A stretch of 64,000 nt of DNA from the human T2T-CHM13v2.0 reference genome, Homo sapiens, in assembly GCF_009914755.1 (NCBI RefSeq), contig NC_060933.1, one strand, 5' to 3'. A model generated the notes under the pieces. The model did not search any database, was not told the origin of the DNA, and worked only from the letters and a program-made list of their open reading frames with translations. Positions 55,151-64,000 of this stretch are shown here, in pieces (the first letter of the stretch is position 1; each line of letters opens with the position of its first letter). A program made the translations under genes and the position numbers.

Positions 55151-58100
55151 TCCATTCCATTCCATGCCATTCCATTCCATTACATTACATTCCATTCCAT
55201 TCCGTTGCATTGTACTCGGGTTGATTCCATTCCATTGCATTCCATTCCATTCCATTCCATTCCATTCCATTCCATTCCATTCCGTTCCATTCCATTACAT
55301 TCGGATTGATTCTATTCAACTCCCTTACTCTCCATTACATTCCATTCCATTCGGGTTGTTACATTCCATTCCATTCCATTCCACTCCATTCCATTGCACT
55401 CGGGTTGATTCCATTCCATTCCATTCCATTCCATTCCATTCCATTCCATTCCATTCCGGATGATTCCATTCCATTGCATTCCGTTCCATTACATTCCCCT
55501 GCACTCGGGTTGATTCCATTCCATTCCATTCCATTCCATTCGATTCCATTCCATTACAATTCTTTCCATTCCATTCTATTCCGTACCATGCCATTCCATT
55601 CCATACAATTCCATTCCATTCCATTCCACTCCGTTCCGTTCCGTTCCGTTCCGTTCCGTTCCATTCCATTCCATTCCATTCTATTCGGGTTAATTCCATT
55701 CCATTCCATTCGATTGCAATCGAGTTGATTCCATTCCATTCCATTCCATTCCATTCCATTCCATTCCATTCCTTTCCATTCCATTACGGATGATTCCATT
55801 CCATTGCATTCCATTCCATTCCATTCCCCTGTACTCGGGTTGATTCCATTCCATTCCATTCCAATCAATGCCATTCCACTCGTGTTGATTCCATTGTTTC
55901 CATTCCATTCAAGTTGAATCCATTCCATTGCATTCCATTCCATTCCATTCCCCTGCAGTCGGGTTGATTCCATTCCATTCCATTCCATTCCATTCCATTC
56001 CATTCCATTCCGTTCCGTTCCATTCCATTACATTCCATTCTATTCGGGTTAATTCCATTCCATTCCATTCCATTCCATTTTATTTGGGTTAATTCCATTC
56101 CATTCCATTCCATTCCATTCCATTCCATTCCATTACAATCGTGTTGATTCCATTCCATTCCATTCCATTCCAGTCCTTTCCATTCCATTCCACTCTGGTT
56201 GATTCCATTCTATTAGTTTCCATTCCATTCCATTCCCTTCCATTCCACTCTGGTTGATTCCATTCCTTTCCATTCCACTCGAAAACATTCCCTCCTATTC
56301 CACTCGGAACGATTCCATTCCATTCCATTCCATTCCATTCCATTTCGTTCCATTCCATTCTATTCCGTATCATTCCATTCCATTCCATTCCATTCCATTA
56401 AATTCCATTCCATTCCATTCCATTCCATTGTACTCGGGTTGATTCCATTCCATTGCATTCCATTCCATTCCATTCCATTCCATTCCGTTGCATTCCATTC
56501 CATTACATTCGGATTGATTCTATTCAACTCCCTTACTCTCCATTACATTCCATTCCATTCGGGTTGTTCTATTCCATTCCATTCCATTCCACTCCATTCC
56601 ATTACACTCGGGTTGATTCCATTCCATTCCATTCCATTCCATTCCATTCCGGATGATTCCTTTCCATTGCATTCCATTCCATTACATTCCCCTGCACTCG
56701 GGTTGATTCCATTCCATTCCTTTCCATTCCCTTCGATTCCATTCCATTCCCCTGCACTCGCGTTGATTCCATTCCATTCCATTCCATTCCATTCCATTCC
56801 ATTCCATTCCATTCCATTCCATTCCATTCCATTCCTTTCCTTTCCATTCCATTCCATTCCGTTCCGTTCCATTCCATTCCATTGCATTCTATTCGGGTTA
56901 ATTCCATTCCATTCCATTCGATTGCAATCGAGTTGATTCCATTCCATTCCATTCCATTCCATTCCATTCCATTCCATTCATTTCCATTCCATTACGGATG
57001 ATTCCATTCCATTGCATTCCATTCCATTCCATTCCCCTGTACTCGGGTTGATTCCATTCCATTCCATTCCAATCCATGCCATTCCATTCGTGTTGATTCC
57101 ATTCTTTCCTTTCCATTCAAGTTGAATCCATTCCATTGCATTCCATAGCATTCGATTCCATTCGATTGCACTCGGGTTGATTCCATTCCATTGCATTCCA
57201 TTCCATTCCGTTCCATTCCATTTCATTACATTCAGATTGATTCTATTCAATTCCCTTACACTCCATTATATTCCAATCCATTCTGGTTGTTTCCATTCCA
57301 TTCCATTCCATTTCACTCCATTCCATTGCACTCGGGTTGATTCCATTCCATTCCATTCGATTCCATTCCGGAAGATTCCATTCCATTGCATTCCATTCCA
57401 TTCCATTCCCCTGCACTCGGGTTGATTCCATTCCATTCCATTACATTACATTCCGTTCCATTCCATTCCATTCCATTCGGATTGATTCTATTCAATTCCC
57501 TTACACTCCATTACATTCCATTCCATTCGGGTAGTTTCCATTCCATTCCATTCCATTCCTCTCTATTCCATTGCACTCGGGTTGATTCCATTCCATTCCA
57601 TTCCATTCCATTCCATTCCATTCCATTACATTACATTCCATTCCATTCCGTTCCATTGTACTCGGGTTGATTCCATTCCATTGCATTCCATTCCATTCCA
57701 TTCCATTCCATTCCATTCCATTCCGTTCCATTCCATTACATTCGGATTGATTCTATTCAACTCCCTTACTCTCCATTACATTCCATTCCATTCGGGTTGT
57801 TCCATTCCATTCCATTCCATTCCACTCCATTCCATTGCACTCGGGTTGATTCCATTCCATTCCATTCCATTCCATTCCATTCCATTCCATTCCGGATGAT
57901 TCCATTCCGTTGCATTCCGTTCCATTACATTCCCCTGCACTCGGGTTGATTCCATTCCATTCCATTGCATTCCATTCGATTCCATTCCATTACAATTCTT
58001 TCCATTCCATTCTATTCCGTACCATGCCATTACATTCCATACAATTCCTTTCCATTCCATTCCACTCCGTTCCGTTCCGTTCCGTTCCGTTCCATTCCAT

Positions 58101-61100
58101 TCCATTCCATTCTATTCGGGTTAATTCCATTCCATTCCATTCGATTGCAATCGAGTTGATTCCATTCCATTCCATTCCATTCCATTCCATTCCTTTCCAT
58201 TCCATTACGGATGATTCCATTCCATTGCATTCCATTCCATTCCATTCCCCTGTACTCGGGTTGATTCCATTCCATTCCATTCCAATCCATGCCATTCCAC
58301 TCGTGTTGATTCCATTCTTTCCATTCCATTCAAGTTGAAACCATTCCATTGCATTCCATTCCATTCCATTCCCCTGCAGTCGGGTTGATTCCATTCCATT
58401 CCATTCCATTCCATTCCATTCCATTCCATTCCGTTCCGTTCCATTCCATTACATTCCATTCTATTCGGGTTAATTCCATTCCATTCCATTCCACTCCATT
58501 CCATTCCAATCGAGTTCATTCCATTCCATTCCATTCCATTCCATTCCACTCCATTCCAGTCCTTTCCATTCCATTCCACTCTGGTTGATTCCAATGTATT
58601 CCTTTCCATTCCATTCCATTCCATTGCAATCGAGTTGATTCCATTGCTTTGCATTCCATTCCATTCCATTCCATTCCGGATGATTCCATTCCATTTCATT
58701 CCATTCCATTCCATTCCCCTGCACTCGGGTTGATTCCATTCCATTCCACTCCATTCCGTTCCATTCCATTCCATTCCATTTTATTCGGGTTAATTCCATT
58801 CCATTCCATTCCATTCCATTCCATTCCATTCCATTCTATTACAATCGAGTTGATTCCATTCCATTCCATTCCATTCCAGTCCTTTCCTTTGCATTCCACT
58901 GGGGTTGATTCCATTCTATTAGTTTCCATTCCATTCCATTCCCTTCCATTCCACTCTGGTTGATACCATTCCTTTCCATTCCACTCGAATACATTCCCTC
59001 CTATTCCACTCGGAAAAATTCCATTCCATTCCATTCCATTCCATTCCATTCCATTCCATTCCATTCCATTCCATTTCGTTCCATTCCATTCTATTCCATA
59101 TCATTCCATTGCATTCAATTCCATTCCGTTCCATTCCATTCCATTACATTCGGATTGATTCTATTCAACTCCCTTACTCTCCATTACATTCCATTCCATT
59201 CGGGTTGTTCCATTCCATTCCATTCCATTCCACTCCATTCCATTGCACTCGGGTTGATTCCATTCCATTCCATTCCATTCCATTCCATTCCGGATGATTC
59301 CATTCCATTGCATTCCGTTCCATTACATTACCCTGCACTCGGGTTGATTCCATTCCATTCCTTTCCAATCCATGCCATTCCACTCGTGTTGATTCCATTC
59401 TTTCCATTCCATTCAAGTTGAATCCATTCCATTGCATTCCATTCCATTCCATTCCCCTGCAGTCGGGTTGTTTCCATTCCATTCCATTCCATGCCATTCC
59501 ATTACATTCCATTCCGTTCCGTTCCATTCCATTCCATTCTATTCGGGTTAATTCCATTCCATTCCATTCCATTCCATTCCAATCGAGTTGATTCCATTCC
59601 ATTCCATTCCGTTCCATTCCATTCCACTCCATTCCAGTCCTTTCCATTCCATTCCACTCGGGTTGATTCCAATGTATTCCTTTCCATTCCATTCCATTCC
59701 ATTGCAATCGAGTTGATTCCATTGCTTTGCATTCCATTCCATTCCATTCCATTCCGGATGATTCCATTCCATTGCATTCCATTCCATTCCATTCCCCTGC
59801 ACTCGGGTTGATTCCATTCCATTCCACTCCATTCCGTTCCATTCCATTCCATTCCATTGTATTCGGGTTAATTCCATTCCATTCCATTCCATTCCATTCC
59901 ATTCCATTAAAACGAGTTGATTCCATTCCATTCCATTCCATTCCAGTCCTTTCCATTCCTTTCCACTCGGGTTGATTCCATTCTATGAGTTTCCATTCCA
60001 TTCCATTCCCTTCCATTCCACTCTGGTTGATACCATTCCTTTCCATTCCACTCGAATACATTCCCTCCTATTCCAATCGGAACGATTCCATTCCATTCCA
60101 TTCCATTCCATTCCATTCCATTCCATTTCGTTCCATTCCATTCTGTTCCGTATCATTCCCTTCCATTCCATTCCATTCCATTCCATTCCATTCCATTCCA
60201 TTGTACTCGGGTTGATTCAATTCCATTGCATTCCATTCCATTCCATTCTATTCCATTCCGTTGCATTCCATTCCATTACATTCGAAATGATTCTATTCAA
60301 CTCACGTAGTCTCCATTACATTCCATTTCATTCGGGTTGTTCCATTCCATTCCATTCCATTCCAGTCCATTCCATTGCACTCGGGTTGATTCCATTCCAT
60401 TCCATTCCATTCCATTCCATTCCATTCCATTCCGGATGATTCCATTCCATTGCATTCCGTTCCATTACATTCCCCTGCACTCGCGTTGATTCCATTCCAT
60501 TCCATTCCATTCCATTCAATTCCATTCCAATACAATTCGTTCCATTCCATTCTATTCCGTACCATTCCATTCCATTCCATACCATTCCATTCCATTCCAT
60601 TCTGTTCCATTCCGTTCCATTCCATTCCATTCCATTCCATTCTATTCGGATTAATTCCATTCCATTCCATTCCATTCCATTCCATTCTATTCCATTCCAT
60701 TGCAATCTATTTGAATACATTGCATTTCATTCCATTCCATTCCATTCCATTCCATTCCGGAAGATTCCATTCCATTGCATTCCATTCCATTCCATTCCCC
60801 TGCACTCGCATTGATTCCATTCCATTCCATTCCATTCCATTCCGTTCCGTTCCATTCCATTCCATTCCATTCCATTCCATTCCATTCCATTCCGTTCCGT
60901 TCCATTCCATTCCATTCCATTCTATTCGGGTTAATTCCATTCCATTCCATTCGATTGCAATCGAGTTGATTCCATTCCATTCCATTCCATTCCATTCCAT
61001 TCCATTCCATTCCGTTCCTTTCCATTCCATTACGGATGATTCCATTCCATTGCATTCCATTCCATTCCATTCCCCTGCACTCGGGTTGATTCCATTCCAT

Positions 61101-64000
61101 TCCATTCCATTACATTCCGTTCCATTCCATTCCATTACATTCGGATTGATTCTATTCAATTCCCTTACACTCCATTACATTCCATTCAATTCGGGTAGTT
61201 TCCATTCCATTCCATTCCATTCCTCTCCATTCCATTGCACTCGGGTTGATTCCATTCCATTGCATTCCATTCCATTCCATTCAATTCCATTCCGTTCCAT
61301 TCCATTCCATTACAATCGAGTTGATTCCATTCCATTGCATTCTATTCCAGTCCTTTCCATTCCATTCCACTCGGGTTGATTCCATTCTATTAGTTTCCAT
61401 TCCATTCCATTCCCTTCCATTCCACTCTTGTTGATTCCATTCCTTTCCATTCCACTCGAATACATTCCCTCCTATTCCACTCGGAACGATTCCATTCCAT
61501 TCCATTCCATTCCATTCCATTCCATTGCATTGCATTCCATTCCATTCCATTCCATTCCATTTCGTTCCATTCCATTCTATTCCGTATCATTCCATTGCAT
61601 TCCATTCCATTCCATTCCATTCCATTCCATTCCATTCCATTCCATTCCATTGTACTCGGGTTGATTCCATTCCATTGCATTCCATTCCATTCCATTCCAT
61701 TCCATTCCATTCCATTCCATTCCATTCCGTTCCGTTCCATTACATTCGGATTGATTCTTTTCAACTCCCTTACTCTCCATTACATTCCATTCCATTCGGA
61801 TTGTTCCATTCCATTCCATTCCATTCCACTCCATTCCATTGCACTCGGGTTGATTCCATTCCATTCAATTCCATTCCATTCCGGATGATTCCATTCCATT
61901 GCATTCCGTTCCATTACATTCCCCTGCACTAGGGTTGATTCCATTCCATTCCATTCTATTCCATTCGATTCCATTCCATTCCCCTGCACTCGCGTTGATT
62001 CCATTCCATTCCATTCCATTCCATTCCATTACATTCCATTCCATTCCTTTCCATTCCAGTCCTTTCCATTCCATTCCACTCAGGTTGATTCCATTCTATT
62101 AGTTTCCAATGCATTCCATTCCCTTCCATTCCACTCTGGTTGATTCCATTCCTTTCCATTCCACTCGAATACATTCCCTCCTATTCCACTCGGAACGATT
62201 CCATTCCATTCCATTCCATTCCATTCCGTTCCATTCCATTCCACTCGTGTTGATTCCATTCCTTTCCATTCCATTTGGTTTGAAGGCATTCCATTCCATT
62301 CCATTCCATTCCATTCCATTCCATTCCATTCCATTCCATTCCATTTCATTGTACTCGGGTTGATTCCATTCCATTGCATTCCATTCCATTCCATTCCATT
62401 GCATTCCGTTGCATTCCATTCCATTACATTCGGATTGATTCTATTCAACTCCTTACTCTCCATTACATTCCATTCCATTCGGGTTGTTCCATTCCATTCC
62501 ATTCCATTCCATTCCACTCCATTCCATTGCACTCGGGTTGATTCCATTCCATTCCATTCCATTCCATTCCATACCATTCCGGATGATTCCATTCCATTGC
62601 ATTCCGTTCCATTACATTCCCCTGCACTCGCGTTGATTCCATTCCCTTCCATTCCATTCCATTCAATTCCATTCCATTACAATTCGTTCCATTCCATTCT
62701 ATTCCGTACCATTCCATTCCATTCCATTCCATTCCATTCCCTTCCATTCCGGAAGATTCCATTCCATTGCATCCCATTCCATTCCATTCCCCTGCACTCG
62801 CATTGATTCCATTCCATTCCATTCTATTCCATTCCATTCCCTTCCTTTCCGTTCCACTCCATTCCATTCCATTCCATTCCATTCCATTCCATTCCATTCC
62901 ATTCCGTTCCGTTCCATTCCATTCCATTCCATTCTATTCGGGTTAATTCCATTCCATTCCATTCGATTGCAATCGAGTTGATTCCATTCCATTCCATTCC
63001 ATTCCATTCCATTCCTTTCCATTCCTTTCCATTCCATTACGGATGATTCCATTCCATTGCATTCCATTCCATTCCATTCCCCTATACTCGGGTTGATTCC
63101 ATTCCATTCCATTCCAATCCATGCCATTCCACTCGTGTTGATTCCATTCTTTCCATTCCATTCAAGTTGAATCCATTCCATTGCATTCCATTCCATTCGA
63201 TTCCATTCGATTGCACTCGGGTTGATTCCATTCCATTGCATTCCATTCCATTCCATTCCATTCCATTCCATTCCGTTCCATTCCATTTCATTACATTCAG
63301 ATTGATTCTATTCAATTCCCTTACACTCCATTATATTCCAATCCATTCTGGTTGTCTCCATTCCATTCCATTCCATTTCACTCCATTCCATTGCACTCGG
63401 GTTGATTCCATTCCATTCCATTCCATTGCATTCCATTCCAATCCATTCCGGATGATTCCATTCCATTGCATTCCATTCCAATCCATTCCCCTGCACTCGG
63501 GTTGATTCCATTCCATTCCATTCCATTTCATTCCGTTCCATTCCGTTCCATTCCATTCGGATTGATTCTATTCAATTCCCTTACACTCCATTACATTCCA
63601 TTCCATTCGGGTAGTTTCCATTCCATTCCATTCCATTCCTCTCCATTCCATTGCACTCGGGTTGATTCCATTCCATTCCATTGCATTCCATTCCATTCCA
63701 TTCCATTCCATTCCATTCCATTCCGTTCAATTCCTTTACATTCGGATTGATTCTGTTCAAGTCCCTTACTCTCCATTACATTCCATTCCATTCGGGTTGT
63801 TCCATTCCAATCCATTCCATTCCACTCCATTCCATTGCGCTCGGGTTGATTCCATTCCATTCCATTCCATTCCATTCCATTCCATTCCATTCCATTCCGG
63901 ATGATTCCATTCCATTGCATTCCGTTCCATTACATTCCCCTGCACTCGGGTTGATTCCATTCCATTCCATTCCATTCCATTCGATTCCATTCCATTCCAA

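Larger units (their letters stand above)
42491..64000 (-). repeat. Satellite III (HSat3) array in inverted orientation, (CATTC)n on +
   Basis: Continuous CATTC pentamers with ACTCGGGTTG (reverse complement of CAACCCGAGT) and reverse complements of the same module vocabulary as the left arm. The array runs off the right edge. Confidence 0.97.

Noticed and set aside
1-64000. Hundreds of ORFs up to 364 aa (MEWNG- and IPFHS-repeat peptides), e.g. 7707-8801, 38888-39814, 41015-41962, 46527-47513, 60450-61379
   Set aside because: (GGAAT)n and (CATTC)n contain no stop codon in any frame, so long overlapping ORFs in all six frames are expected. The peptides are translations of the pentamer with no domain content.
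1-64000. CRISPR-like appearance of repeats alternating with short different sequences
   Set aside because: The intervening modules are themselves reused dozens of times, spacing is irregular, and there are no unique spacers, leader or cas genes.
1-64000. Whole window as one perfect giant palindrome or a sequencing fold-back artefact
   Set aside because: Module order and private variants are not mirror-symmetric about 42,490, and homologous blocks have different symmetry centres.
1-64000. Thousands of CATTCC (TEAD/MCAT-type) motifs and the known unusual G-A paired structures of (GGAAT)n
   Set aside because: Generic properties of any HSat3 array; nothing specific to this window can be shown from the sequence.

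Overview
The whole 64 kb window is primate (human-type) classical Satellite III (HSat3) pericentromeric DNA. It consists of (GGAAT)n pentamers interrupted by a small vocabulary of recurring CpG-containing modules (CAACCCGAGT, CAACGCGAGTGCAGGGG, CAACTCGATTG, TTAACCCGAATAG, GTAAGGGA(G/A)TTGAATAG, ATCGTTCCGAGTGGAATAGGAGGG). I found no genes, RNA genes, transposons or CRISPR arrays. All listed ORFs (MEWNG / IPFHS repeats) are artefacts of a stop-poor pentamer. The main structure is a clean strand switch at ~42,490: GGAAT on + to the left, CATTC on + to the right, joined through a self-complementary TGCA with no foreign insert. The most interesting sub-structure is that one recurring module, GGAATCTTCCGGAAT, is a perfect three-unit heat-shock element (nGAAn-nTTCn-nGAAn), seen 36 times by eye. 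Other structure includes a repeated 14-bp perfect palindrome, an A/B module pair usually exactly 175 bp apart, nested tandem and long-range duplications, arm-specific variants and two local variant-pentamer expansions. Chromosome, subfamily and species cannot be fixed without a search. All counts are manual and may miss copies.
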